Shown: positions 1 through 9,703 of the stretch, in pieces
How the letters are laid out: each line of letters begins with the position of its first letter
Numbering within the stretch: the first letter of the stretch is position 1
DNA from: an uncultured Bdellovibrionales bacterium
GTDB taxonomy: Bacteria > Bdellovibrionota > Bdellovibrionia > Bdellovibrionales > UBA1609
Length of the DNA: 64,000 nt
Reading direction: 5' to 3'
Assembly: GCA_938002015.1 (NCBI GenBank)
Contig: CALLAU010000003.1
Location: 4,084-68,083 of the forward strand
The notes under the pieces: generated by a model
Seen by the model: only the letters and a program-made list of their open reading frames with translations
The model's database searches: none
What the model was told of the DNA's origin: nothing
Translations under genes and position numbers: made by a program

Positions 1-2094
1 TGCAAAAGGGTGAAGAAGCTGAACAAGCGGTTTAAGGGCTTTAAGTGAATTTGATTTTTCTTTATAAAGGTCATTTACTAAAATCATCATTGCACTAATA
101 GCTGTGTTAAAGCTCATAGCCTCTATATCTAAAGTCACTTTCTTAATGGCTTTATGTAGTGATTTTTCAAGCTTTAAAGATAAATCATCATTTGTAACAA
201 CCGGAGTTTTATTTTCTCCTATACAAAGTCTCCACACTCTTTCTAAAAACCTTCTACTACCTTCAATTCCTTGTGTGTTCCATGGCTTATCTCTTTCAAA
301 AGGTCCCATAAAACACATATAAACTCTTACAGCGTCAGCTCCATGCTCAAGCCTTACATCATCTGGGTTAATCACATTACCTCGAGATTTTGACATCTTC
401 TCACCATCAGGCCCGAGAATCATTCCTTGGTGAGCAAGTTTCATAAAAGGCTCAGGGTGTGTTGCAAGCCCCTTATCAAATAAAAACTTGTTCCAAAACC
501 TAGAATAAAGAAGGTGGCTCACTGTATGCTCAGGTCCTCCAACATAAAGATCTACCGGCAACCAGTAATCTAGTTTTTCCTTACTGCAAATCTCATTTTC
601 ATTTTCAGTATCTGGATACCTTAAGTAATACCAAGCAGAACCTGCAGTTCCTGGCATAGTGTGAGCTGCTCTAAGCCCATCAGAGGTCTTCATCCATTCT
701 TTGTTATTAGATAAGGGAGGTTCTCCATCATCAGTTGGCTCATAATCAGCAACTTCTGGAAGAGTAAGTGGAAGCTCATCTAAATTTAAAGTACGCTCTC
801 CTCCTTCATTTAGATGAATAATTGGTATGGGCTCTCCCCAGTATCTTTGACGGCTAAAGAGCCAATCACGAAGCTTGTACTGAACTTTTTTTTCTCCAAT
901 ATTTTTTTCTTCTAGAAAATTAATTGCTTTTTCAATGGCTTCAGATTTTTTTAAGCCATTTAAAAAATCTGAATTTACAAGTTCTCCTTCTCCCACATAA
1001 GGAAGGTCTCCACCTTCTAAAACCCTTTTAACAGGAAGGTCAAACTTCTTAGCAAATTCAAAATCTCTTTCATCGTGACCGGGAACTGCCATAATTGCAC
1101 CTGTCCCATAATCCATTAAAACATAATCAGAAACCCAAAGCGGAACTTCATCTCCAGAGATTGGGTTTAAACAGTAAGCTCCAGTAAAAACACCCGTCTT
1201 TTCAGTACTTGCTTTTCTTGCTAATTCACTCTTAGATTTTGAAGTTTCAATATAATCTTCTACACTTTTAGACTGCTGACTTGTTGAAAGCTCTAGTGCT
1301 AAAGGGTGCTCTGGAGCAATCACCATAAATGTTGCTCCAAATAAAGTATCAGGCCTTGTTGTAAAAACATTAAATGAATGATCACTCCCTTTTACTTTAA
1401 ACGAAACTTCAGCACCAACGCTTTTACCTATCCAATTTTTCTGCCCCTCTTTAGTTCTTTGGGGCCAATCTATTGTCTCTAAGTCTTTTAAAAGTCTTTC
1501 AGCGTACTCAGTAATTTTAAGCATCCACTGCTTCATTGGAAGACGCTCCACCGGATGCCCTCCTCTTTCACTCTTTCCATCAACCACTTCTTCATTTGCT
1601 AAAACAGTTTTCATCGCCGGGCACCAGTTTACAGGAACTTCTTTTTCATAAGCTAAACCAGCTTCATGAAGTTTTGTAAAAATAAACTGAGTCCATTTTA
1701 AAAATTTTGGATCTGTTGTTGCTAAAGTTTTTGACCAATCAAAAGAAAAACCAAAAGCATCAAGCTGACTTCTAAAATTCTCTATGGCTTTTTGAGTTGT
1801 GATAGCAGGGTGTACACCAGTTTGAATAGCGTATTGTTCAGCTGGAAGACCAAAAGCATCATACCCCATTGGGTGAAGAACGTTAAAACCCTTTGACCTT
1901 TTAAATCTAGATACAACATCTCCTGGGATATAAGAGGCCAGATGGCCTACATGAAGACCTGCCCCAGAAGGATAGGGGAACATATCAAGAGCGTAGTATT
2001 TGGGTTTTGTTGAAGGAAACTTTGCTTCAAATACTTTTTTCTCATTCCACTCTTTTTGCCACTTCTTCTCTAGTTTTAGGTGATCAAAAGCCAT
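1..2094 (-). CDS. leuS: Leucyl-tRNA synthetase, N-terminal ~698 aa (3' end runs off the left edge of the window)
   Basis: Absent from the ORF track because it has no stop in the window. My minus-strand translation from ATG (complement of 2092-2094) gives MAFDHLKLEKKWQKEWNEKKVFEA...DMFPYPSGAGLHVGHLASY (class-I HIGH motif) and ...GPDGEKMSKSRGNVINPDD (KMSKS, complement of ~370-420). The frame stays open to position 1. Confidence 0.9.
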   Translation of the reverse strand, partial: MAFDHLKLEKKWQKEWNEKKVFEAKFPSTKPKYYALDMFPYPSGAGLHVGHLASYIPGDVVSRFKRSKGFNVLHPMGYDAFGLPAEQYAIQTGVHPAITTQKAIENFRSQLDAFGFSFDWSKTLATTDPKFLKWTQFIFTKLHEAGLAYEKEVPVNWCPAMKTVLANEEVVDGKSERGGHPVERLPMKQWMLKITEYAERLLKDLETIDWPQRTKEGQKNWIGKSVGAEVSFKVKGSDHSFNVFTTRPDTLFGATFMVIAPEHPLALELSTSQQSKSVEDYIETSKSKSELARKASTEKTGVFTGAYCLNPISGDEVPLWVSDYVLMDYGTGAIMAVPGHDERDFEFAKKFDLPVKRVLEGGDLPYVGEGELVNSDFLNGLKKSEAIEKAINFLEEKNIGEKKVQYKLRDWLFSRQRYWGEPIPIIHLNEGGERTLNLDELPLTLPEVADYEPTDDGEPPLSNNKEWMKTSDGLRAAHTMPGTAGSAWYYLRYPDTENENEICSKEKLDYWLPVDLYVGGPEHTVSHLLYSRFWNKFLFDKGLATHPEPFMKLAHQGMILGPDGEKMSKSRGNVINPDDVRLEHGADAVRVYMCFMGPFERDKPWNTQGIEGSRRFLERVWRLCIGENKTPVVTNDDLSLKLEKSLHKAIKKVTLDIEAMSFNTAISAMMILVNDLYKEKSNSLKALKPLVQLLHPFA

Positions 2095-2231
2095 ACCTAT
2101 TTACTCCCGTCTTGAAACTGTTGCCAAAGCACTGATTTTAAGCAAAATAACGCCATGACATAAGTCCTGATCTCTATCATGTAATCCGGCTTTTTATAAA
2201 CGTTTTTTAGGCTTTTTCCGATAGAATTAGC

Positions 2232-3203
2232 ATGACTGTACGTAAAAAGAATGACGAATATAGAATACTTATTGCCGATGATGACGCTGAAGTGACTAAG
2301 CTTATGTGGATGATTTTAGAATCTGAAGGCTATAGCGTGGATGCCGCTTTCTCTGGAGCAGAAGCTCTTGAGAAACTAGACCACTGGGAGCCTCATTTAG
2401 TGCTCCTAGATGTAAACATGCCAGAATTAAGCGGTTTAGAAACCATCATTGAAGTAAGAAAAAGAGCTGACTACGTGCCAGTTATTTTTGTCTCAGGAAA
2501 CTCTGAAACAGAAGACGTTATCAAGGGTTTAAGTGCTGGTGGAGACGACTATATTTGTAAACCTTTTAACCCTCATGAACTTATTGCAAGAGTTCAAACT
2601 CAGTTAAGAATCAAAGACCTTACTGATCAGCTTTCTGTGGCTAATAAAAAGCTTCAAGCTCTTATTGAAATTGATGACCTAACAGGCCTTTATAATATGA
2701 GAAACGCTTATCAAAAGATTGATTTAGAGATCAGTAGATGTAAACGATCAAAAACTGGTGTTGGCGCTGTTATGATGGATATGGATAAGTTTAAAAGAGT
2801 AAACGATGACCATGACCACCTTTTTGGAAGCTTTGTTTTAAAAGAAGTTGGTGGAATTATTAAAAATTCAATTAGAGACGTTGATATGGGGGCTAGATAC
2901 GGTGGAGATGAGTTTATGATTATTCTCTCTGCTACCACTTTTGAAGGAGCTCAAGCTTTTTGTGAAAGACTTAGAAAGGCTATTGAATCTTATAAGTTTG
3001 ATAACGGTGATCACCAGATGGATCTTACAACTAGTATTGGTCTAGCTGTGGGATATCCAGATCAATATAATTTAAGTTCAAAACTCTTGCTACAGTGGGC
3101 TGATAAAGCACTTTATGAGTCTAAGGAAACAGGAAGAAATAAAGTAGGAGCAATTGAGCTCACACCTGAACTTTATAGTTCTGATATTAAAAAAGCTGCT
3201 TAA
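2232..3203 (+). CDS. Response-regulator receiver + GGDEF diguanylate cyclase (PleD-like)
   Basis: N-terminal REC (ILIADDD...LLDVNMP...ICKPF). C-terminal GGDEF domain 'GARYGGDEFMIIL' with RxxD I-site 'RDVD' five residues upstream. Confidence 0.85.
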   Translation: MTVRKKNDEYRILIADDDAEVTKLMWMILESEGYSVDAAFSGAEALEKLDHWEPHLVLLDVNMPELSGLETIIEVRKRADYVPVIFVSGNSETEDVIKGLSAGGDDYICKPFNPHELIARVQTQLRIKDLTDQLSVANKKLQALIEIDDLTGLYNMRNAYQKIDLEISRCKRSKTGVGAVMMDMDKFKRVNDDHDHLFGSFVLKEVGGIIKNSIRDVDMGARYGGDEFMIILSATTFEGAQAFCERLRKAIESYKFDNGDHQMDLTTSIGLAVGYPDQYNLSSKLLLQWADKALYESKETGRNKVGAIELTPELYSSDIKKAA

Positions 3204-3292
3204 ACAAATTCAGCGCCTTTTTATCTTTTAATGACTTGATCCATTTCAAATCTATGATCAACTATTCTTTTAAAAAGGAGTTGATCTAAAAT

Positions 3293-4294
3293 ATGCTTAA
3301 AGACAATCTTGAAGTTTATAACCTATCTGAATTCAAAATCTCTACTTTAAAAATCACCAGTTCTGCTCTTAAAGACAACCCTCTTGGAGACTCTATTCAT
3401 AGAAGTAACCCCATGCTCTACCCGTCTCAAACTGGAAGCTATAAAGCTGTCTTATTTTTATCAGGCTTTACTGGCAATGGAGCTAAAAACTTTAACTTTA
3501 GATCTTTTGAGCCAAATCTCATTGAAGAGATTGAGTCTTGGACTAAAAATGAAAGCATTGCTCCTTTAATATATATATTTGTCGATGCATGGACTCTCTG
3601 GGGAGGTTCTCAGTTTATTAATTCAAAAGGCTGTGGAAATTATGAAGACTTTATTATGAAAGAGCTTCTCCCCAAAGCTGAAGAAGAGCTTAAATCAAGA
3701 GATTATAAAGTAAGTGAATGGGCCGTTATGGGCGGATCAAGCGGAGGATATGGAGCTCTTCACCTTTCCTCAAAGTTCCCTGAAACTTTTAAAAATTGCT
3801 TAGCAATTGCTCCAGATTGTCACTTTGATATTTCACTTAAACCAGAAATTTATCACGCCTTTCCAAAGATAGAGTCTTGGGGAGGGATAGATAAGATCCG
3901 CACCGACCTTATCACTAGAGAACTTAAAATCAATAGCCGAGATTTTCACACTGTAATGAACGTTATAGGCATGGCTCACTGCTATTCAAACCTTGGAATA
4001 ACAGGAACTCCACTGCTTCCACTTGATAAAGAAGGAAACTTTGATGAGATTCTTTGGAAATCTTGGCTTGAAAAAGATCCTCTTTATTTTCTTCCAAAAA
4101 GGATAGCGGCCTTAAAGTCTCTTAAAACTCTCTTTTTATCAGTTGGAGAATATGATCAGTTTCTTCTGCAGTTTGGCGCAAGGCAGATTAGACAGCTTTT
4201 CTTAAAAAACGACATACCTTTTACTTATGAAGAGTTTAAGGGAAATCATTTTGATATAAGCACTCGAAGAAAAAAGGCTTTAAGTTTACTCTAA
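3293..4294 (+). CDS. Putative esterase (esterase D / enterochelin-esterase-like alpha/beta hydrolase)
   Basis: Nucleophile elbow 'MGGSSGGYGALHLS' (G-x-S-x-G) and overall resemblance to the putative-esterase family. The family call is from memory. Confidence 0.6.
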   Translation: MLKDNLEVYNLSEFKISTLKITSSALKDNPLGDSIHRSNPMLYPSQTGSYKAVLFLSGFTGNGAKNFNFRSFEPNLIEEIESWTKNESIAPLIYIFVDAWTLWGGSQFINSKGCGNYEDFIMKELLPKAEEELKSRDYKVSEWAVMGGSSGGYGALHLSSKFPETFKNCLAIAPDCHFDISLKPEIYHAFPKIESWGGIDKIRTDLITRELKINSRDFHTVMNVIGMAHCYSNLGITGTPLLPLDKEGNFDEILWKSWLEKDPLYFLPKRIAALKSLKTLFLSVGEYDQFLLQFGARQIRQLFLKNDIPFTYEEFKGNHFDISTRRKKALSLL

Positions 4295-4368
4295 AGTTAA
4301 GAAATTTTTACTAAACAACACCTATGCACTTACCATAAGACTTTAGACTCCATAAGGTAGAGGTATTA

Positions 4369-5097
4369 ATGAAGCTCTTTGATAAATCTAGAAGTGAAAT
4401 GACCATAGCAAAAGATTGCCCTTGGTATGAAGCTCAACAAACCTATGGAGCACCAAACGTAAATTGGTGTGAAAAAACTCAGTGCACCTACATAAATGAG
4501 CCTGCAAACACCTATAGTAACCTTGGTCTTATTTTTATTGCGCTTTTATTGCTAACTAAAATTAAAAATAAACTTGTTCAGCACTTTAGCATTCTTGTAT
4601 TAATAATGGGTATAGCTTCCGGGGTTTATCACGCAACCAATAACTACTTTACTCAATTTATCGATATTATAGGCATGAATTTTGTTAGTAGCTTTTTACT
4701 AACATTTTCACTTATTAGAGTTTTAAAGAAAGAGCACTTAAAGTTTTACACTCTCTATTTCTTTATAACAGCATGTAACACATTATTATTATTTATAATG
4801 GAATCTAATGGAATTGCTTTTCAGATTATTTTCTTTCCACAATTTTTTCTCACACTTATACTTGAAGCCATAATTTACTTTAAAAATCGTAATTTAAAAA
4901 AACACACCTTCTTCTTAATCGCATTAAGCTTCATAGCTGTTGCACAAACTGCAGCACAAATAGATCTTAAAAAAGTTTATTGTAATCCAGGTAATCTTAT
5001 TTTACATGGTCATGTTATCTGGCACCTACTTTCTGCTGTAGGTATGTTTTTTTTCGCTCTACACATCAATCACTTTTCAGATAAAATTAAAGACTAA
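4369..5097 (+). CDS. Multi-pass membrane protein, ceramidase-like (alkaline phytoceramidase family)
   Basis: Several hydrophobic helices and conserved His residues ('GVYHATNN', 'HGHVIWHLLSA') as in ceramidase/PAQR-type membrane hydrolases. The assignment is tentative. Confidence 0.4.
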   Translation: MKLFDKSRSEMTIAKDCPWYEAQQTYGAPNVNWCEKTQCTYINEPANTYSNLGLIFIALLLLTKIKNKLVQHFSILVLIMGIASGVYHATNNYFTQFIDIIGMNFVSSFLLTFSLIRVLKKEHLKFYTLYFFITACNTLLLFIMESNGIAFQIIFFPQFFLTLILEAIIYFKNRNLKKHTFFLIALSFIAVAQTAAQIDLKKVYCNPGNLILHGHVIWHLLSAVGMFFFALHINHFSDKIKD

Positions 5098-5105
5098 AAA
5101 TTATA

Positions 5106-5957
5106 TTAAATATTTTTAAGAGCATGGATAAACCTATCTGAACTCGGTGGATCAATTCTAAAATATAATGAGGGCTCAACTAACTCTAGCTCAATTAACC
5201 TTTGCCCCTCTTTGGTTTTAAGCATATCAACTCTTGCATATAAGAGTTTTTCACCAATGGAGTCTACCACACGCTGAGCCTCATTAAGTTCTTCTTCATT
5301 TGGAGTATATTGACTTAAAGCGCTGCCATACTCTTCTTGAACTCTAAAGTCCCCTTTTTTTGGAACTTTTTTTACAACGTGGCTTAATTCATTGTTAAAG
5401 AAAAGATAAGAAATTTCTCCTTCTAAAACTTCTTCTATAAAAGGCTGTACAAACCAGTCTTCTTTTTTCTCAAGAGATTCAAATTTATCTATCATTTCTG
5501 CTTTACTTAAAATTTCAATTTTCTCAGCACTTGCACCTACAACGGGCTTAATGACCATTTTAACTAAAGGAAGATTTATAAGTTTATCTTTAAAAGATTC
5601 TAAATCTTCATCTTCAAGAAAAATACTTTCAATAACTTTTATACCGCTCTTAGATAAGTCTTTTAAATACGTTTTCCTTGAATTCCACTTTACAATAGAA
5701 CTTGAGTTTAATAGTTTACAGCCACTTTCTTTAATACTCTCTAAAACATTTAAAAATTCTTCTAAACGCTTGGTATAGTCCCAAGTGGTTCTAATCACAG
5801 CATAGTCATAGTCACTCCAATTAACTGACTCATTTGACCATGAGATCACATCAAGACTGTCTTCAGGACAAATTTTCTTAAAAGACTCTAAAGCCAGTTC
5901 ATCATCAACAACATAATCAGAAAGATCATCACAAGTTAAAAAAACGTATTTTTTCAT
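5106..5957 (-). CDS. ATP-grasp domain protein (glutathione synthetase/RimK-like)
   Basis: 283-288 aa ORF with an ATP-grasp-like C-terminal half (...VIKPVVGASAEKI...WFVQPFIEEV..GEISYLFF...ARVDML...LIELELVEPSL). The ATG at 5957 follows GAGG. The ORF-track start is 5972. Confidence 0.55.
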   Translation of the reverse strand: MKKYVFLTCDDLSDYVVDDELALESFKKICPEDSLDVISWSNESVNWSDYDYAVIRTTWDYTKRLEEFLNVLESIKESGCKLLNSSSIVKWNSRKTYLKDLSKSGIKVIESIFLEDEDLESFKDKLINLPLVKMVIKPVVGASAEKIEILSKAEMIDKFESLEKKEDWFVQPFIEEVLEGEISYLFFNNELSHVVKKVPKKGDFRVQEEYGSALSQYTPNEEELNEAQRVVDSIGEKLLYARVDMLKTKEGQRLIELELVEPSLYFRIDPPSSDRFIHALKNI

Positions 5958-6346
5958 AAAAAACCTCATCAAGTAAGAAAATTAATAAAACTTATATATT
6001 ATTGCATATGTACATGGGAAGCTAATTCCTTAGCAGGTAATCAAAAACTGCTCTCTATTAAAACTTCCTTAGGCAAAACAAGCTTTACCCTCAGTATTAG
6101 TAATAAATCACTCACATATGGTTAAATACGTAAAAGACTAATTTTATCTCACTTTTAGACTTTCGACTAAAAAGCTTTCAACTTTTATTTTAAAACTTAA
6201 TCTTATTTCTTTAGAAATAGGTTATTAGTTTACACACTCTTTACATATTTAATATTTACAATAAAATCTAAATTCTTAATCATATTAACAAATGCGACTT
6301 TAGAGTTTATGATTAAAAGTATTAAAACCAACAAAGAGAGCACCCT

Positions 6347-7024
6347 GTGAATCATATCCTGTACTTAGAAGATGACCCTATATTAGGTGAAAGTTTAAAA
6401 CTGAATATGGAACTTGAAGGCTATCAAGTAACCTGGGTTAAATCACTTAAGCAAACAAGAGAACTTGCAAAATATGAAGCATATGACATAGCTATCCTCG
6501 ATTTAGGCCTTCCTGATGGAAGTGGTCTAAATATCTGTAAAGACATTAGAAAAAAAGAAGTCCATATTCCTATAATAATACTTACAGCTCAGCTTGATGA
6601 AGAAGTCGTTGTTGAAAGCTTAAATGCAGGAGCAAATGATTACGTTAAAAAGCCTTTTAGCAACAAAGAGCTCTTTGCTCGCATACGAGTTTCACTCAGA
6701 AAACCTAACCAAGAAAACGAAAAAATAAAATTTAAAGACATCACTCTCATACTAAACCAAAGAAAGTTTATGTATAAAAATAAAGAAATTACTTTAAACA
6801 GAAGAGAGTATGACCTCTTAAAAGTACTTGTTGAAAAAGCTGAAACGGTTGTAACACGCGAGCAGATGATTAGCTTTGCTGGGCTTGGTGAAGACGTTAT
6901 TGATAGAACAGTGGATTCTCATTTAAGCCACATTAGATCAAAACTTAGAAAAGAAGGCGTTGAAAACATTCAAATTAAATCTGAATATGGTCTTGGCTAC
7001 AGAATGGTGTCTCTTGAAAAATAA
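6347..7024 (+). CDS. OmpR-family response regulator
   Basis: REC domain (LYLEDD...ILDLGLPDGSG...VKKPF) plus winged-helix Trans_reg_C (ITLNRREYDLLKVL...VDSHLSHIRSKLRK...GLGYRM). GTG start. Confidence 0.85.
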   Translation: MNHILYLEDDPILGESLKLNMELEGYQVTWVKSLKQTRELAKYEAYDIAILDLGLPDGSGLNICKDIRKKEVHIPIIILTAQLDEEVVVESLNAGANDYVKKPFSNKELFARIRVSLRKPNQENEKIKFKDITLILNQRKFMYKNKEITLNRREYDLLKVLVEKAETVVTREQMISFAGLGEDVIDRTVDSHLSHIRSKLRKEGVENIQIKSEYGLGYRMVSLEK

Positions 7025-8510
7025 ACTAAGCTCTCCTTTTTTGCGATACCTCACGCTAGGAACATCGATTTCTTTCATCGTTATTATTTTATCCATCTTA
7101 AGTCTTCAAATTGTAAAACAAGTTACTCAAGAGGATAGTATTCAAAAGTTTACCAGACCTCCTGAAATCATTTCTTTTTTTATTAAGAACACTCCTAAGG
7201 ATAAAAGAATTCAATTAATTAATGATTTAAACGCTTCTCATAGAGCGAATTACCCATTTAAGGTTTTACTAACAAACTCTATTGGAGACATTCTTGCTCC
7301 AAAAGAAAATGTAGTAAAAAAAATTGATATAGATACTTTCTTACCTCTCTTTGAGTTTCATAATAAAAAAATAAACCATCAAAGAAATCACAAGAAAAGT
7401 AATATGTTTTCACTCCACAACCTCCTTACTCCTCTGAGACCAACTAGACATAGACCACCACCAAGGCATCTTAATGAAGCACCTAATTTTAAGTTTAAAC
7501 TCATAGATTCAAATAACTTCCTTGTTTTCCAAAGAAAAAACTTAAACATTCAAAATAACACAAAGAAAAGATTTTTCTTTAGCCTCCTTGCTCTTATATG
7601 CGCTCTTACACTTGGAATAGGCCTTACAATTACGTTCATGTTTCTCTCATTTAAAAGAAAAACCCTTGTCATTGATAATATCATTGAAAAGCTAAAAAGC
7701 GGAGATTTAAAGGCTCGCATTCCTGTAGGAAGAATTGATGAGTACAGCCAAACTGCCTATAGATTTAATGACATGGCTGAAGAGATTGAGAGCCTCGTTA
7801 ATTCTCTTAGAATCACTGAAAACTCGAGAAAGAATTTAATGAGAGAGTTAGCTCATGATTTAAGAACTCCAATTTCTTCATTAAAAAACTGTATTGAAAT
7901 GGTTAAAGAAAAGTCTAATCAACTCTCTGAAGATAAGAGAAATCAGCTTCTTAGTATCTCTTTAAAAGAAACTGAGTACTTTTCACTTCTAGTTGACGAT
8001 CTCTTATTTTTAGGTCAAGTCAATGAACCACGGTACCAGAAAGACTCTCATGAAATTTTCATTGACGACCTTATTCAAATTGAAGTGCAAAATCTAAAGG
8101 ATAGATACAGTAATATAAATTTCATTTTTAATGGCAAACTAAATCAAACTCCTTTTAAAGGTGATCGAAAATTAATAACTCGCTTGGTTAGAAACGGCTT
8201 AGAAAATGCATGTTCGTTTGCAAAAAATAAAGTTACTATTAGCACAGAAATTATACCTAATAAGAAATTTAGAATAAATATCGAAGATAACGGTCCGGGG
8301 TTTAGTGCAGGCTCCTTGGTTGATTTTGGAAAGAGAAAGTATAGTAGAGAAGTAGCAACTAGAGAATCTAATAGAATCTCTATTGGTCTTGGATCTGTTA
8401 TTATGAAGTCTATAGTAAGTTCTTATCGAGGTGAACTTAACGCTTCTAACGTGCTAGAAGACAACCACGTTAAAGGCGCTCTTCTTACGATCACTCTACC
8501 TTCAGTTTAA
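6987..8510 (+). CDS. Sensor histidine kinase (TM-periplasmic-TM, HAMP, HisKA, HATPase_c)
   Basis: H-box 'ELAHDLRTPISSL', N box 'RNGLENA', G boxes 'EDNGPGF' and 'GLGSVIM'. The ORF-track start 6960 overlaps the regulator. ATG 6987 or TTG 7014 is the more likely start. Confidence 0.8.
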   Translation: MVLATEWCLLKNKLSSPFLRYLTLGTSISFIVIILSILSLQIVKQVTQEDSIQKFTRPPEIISFFIKNTPKDKRIQLINDLNASHRANYPFKVLLTNSIGDILAPKENVVKKIDIDTFLPLFEFHNKKINHQRNHKKSNMFSLHNLLTPLRPTRHRPPPRHLNEAPNFKFKLIDSNNFLVFQRKNLNIQNNTKKRFFFSLLALICALTLGIGLTITFMFLSFKRKTLVIDNIIEKLKSGDLKARIPVGRIDEYSQTAYRFNDMAEEIESLVNSLRITENSRKNLMRELAHDLRTPISSLKNCIEMVKEKSNQLSEDKRNQLLSISLKETEYFSLLVDDLLFLGQVNEPRYQKDSHEIFIDDLIQIEVQNLKDRYSNINFIFNGKLNQTPFKGDRKLITRLVRNGLENACSFAKNKVTISTEIIPNKKFRINIEDNGPGFSAGSLVDFGKRKYSREVATRESNRISIGLGSVIMKSIVSSYRGELNASNVLEDNHVKGALLTITLPSV

Positions 8511-8620
8511 AAATAATTTTTGTATCAAATTGATACGGATCATATTTTTCTTTTTTGTTTCCACACTCCTTAAATATTGTTTTGCTAAATTAGTATAGAG
8601 TCTAATTAAGGAGGACAATT

Positions 8621-8908
8621 ATGATAACAAAAATACTTTTAACACTTACTTTAGTTCCATGTTTTGCTTTTGCAAGAGGACAGAAGCAAGGTCCACCACC
8701 ATTAAATGATGAGGCAAAATCAGCAATTGAAGCTTGTGGATTATCACTTCCAGAACGAGGACAAAGACCAAGCCGTGAAGAACATGAAGCAATTAAATCC
8801 TGCCTTAGTGAAGCTGGCATAGAAAGACCAAGTCGTTCAAAAAGAAGACGCTTTAGCAAAAGTAAAGATCAAAATGAGGAGAGCTACAGTTCAGGAACAC
8901 TTCAATAG
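8621..8908 (+). CDS. Small secreted protein with an internally duplicated Cys-containing motif
   Basis: Strong RBS (AAGGAGG, 8608-8614) and signal peptide MITKILLTLTLVPCFAFA. Two similar segments: EAKSAIEACGLSLPERGQRPSR and EEHEAIKSCLSEAGIERPSRSKR. It lies directly downstream of the two-component pair. Confidence 0.55.
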   Translation: MITKILLTLTLVPCFAFARGQKQGPPPLNDEAKSAIEACGLSLPERGQRPSREEHEAIKSCLSEAGIERPSRSKRRRFSKSKDQNEESYSSGTLQ

Positions 8909-8925
8909 CAATCTTTATTTTTTTT

Positions 8926-8971
8926 TGAAAATATCAACAAGAACTAAAAGTTGTACGTCTTGATATTTTCA
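8926..8971. terminator. Bidirectional hairpin between convergent genes
   Basis: Perfect 12-bp inverted repeat TGAAAATATCAA (8926-8937) / TTGATATTTTCA (8960-8971), with T/A runs on both sides. It sits between the 3' ends of 8621-8908(+) and 8997-9551(-). Confidence 0.5.
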
Positions 8972-8996
8972 ATCTCATAACTATATTAAGTTTAAA

Positions 8997-9551
8997 TTAT
9001 TTCTTAAGAAGGTACTTGTTTACTATTTCAGTATGCTTTTCTCCTGCTATAAGAGGTAAACTTGCAAAAAATTCTACACCACACTTTTCTTCTAAGTCAG
9101 GATCAATAAAAAAATGCATCTTCTTTCGACCTGGAATAACAATTGGCTCACCTGTTTCTGGGTTCACTCCCTTTCTTTCAGCTTGTACATCTAAATATAT
9201 TAAGCCAAAACCACTCATAAGATAAAAACCTTTAGATTTTAAATTCTCTAAAAGTTCTTTATCTAAATCTAATTTTTTCTCTAAAACAGTCTCTGCTTCA
9301 TCAGGATTTTTTTCCAAAAGCCAATCTTTAAAATGCTGGTGACTTCCTGGCTCTAATCTTTTTGGGTGTAGCTGTACTATATTTAAAAAGCTATTTTGTA
9401 TTGAAACCTCTAGACCTGCCATTTTATTAAAACCTATAAAAGCAGGGCTTGAAAAATCCTTTAAAAACTCCGACATCAACTTAATCACTTCATTCATAAA
9501 CTCAAACTCCCATGCTTCTAACAACATATACTTTATTAACTCAGACCACAT
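8997..9551 (-). CDS. Protein with C-terminal HU/IHF-like DNA-binding arm and unknown N-terminal domain
   Basis: The C-terminal 'ERKGVNPETGEPIVIPGRKKMHF' resembles the HU/IHF beta-arm signature (R-N-P-x-T-G-x-x-I-x-I-P). The N-terminal ~110 aa are unrecognised. Confidence 0.4.
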   Translation of the reverse strand: MWSELIKYMLLEAWEFEFMNEVIKLMSEFLKDFSSPAFIGFNKMAGLEVSIQNSFLNIVQLHPKRLEPGSHQHFKDWLLEKNPDEAETVLEKKLDLDKELLENLKSKGFYLMSGFGLIYLDVQAERKGVNPETGEPIVIPGRKKMHFFIDPDLEEKCGVEFFASLPLIAGEKHTEIVNKYLLKK

Positions 9552-9703
9552 GTGTAAAAAACTATCAAAACTTTCTATATAATAGGTTAGTTTTTCTCTA
9601 CCAAGACTAAAAGTAGTCTAATCTTAGCTATTACCTTGTAAGCCAGGGCAGGCTTCATGTATGGTAAATCTGCTTAATATTAAGCTTTTAATATACACAC
9701 AGT

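Noticed and set aside
104-322. 72-aa plus-strand ORF at the left edge
   Set aside because: It lies antisense inside the clearly recognisable leuS coding sequence and has no RBS or family resemblance. It is a shadow ORF.
5973-6346. 374-nt AT-rich non-coding gap upstream of the OmpR-type regulator, scanned for riboswitch-like or repeat structure
   Set aside because: I saw only short AT-rich palindromes (for example ATTTCTTTAGAAAT). No conserved riboswitch core or tandem repeat was recognisable by eye.
8692-8704. TCCACCACCATTA, resembling the att core CTCCACCATTA, 1 kb upstream of ssrA
   Set aside because: It contains an extra CCA, lies inside a coding sequence (codons for PPPL) and bounds nothing mobile-looking. 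It is most likely coincidence.
8602-8859. 85-aa minus-strand ORF
   Set aside because: It is antisense to the small secreted-protein gene, which has a strong RBS and a signal peptide. The long open antisense frame is explained by the locally higher G+C.
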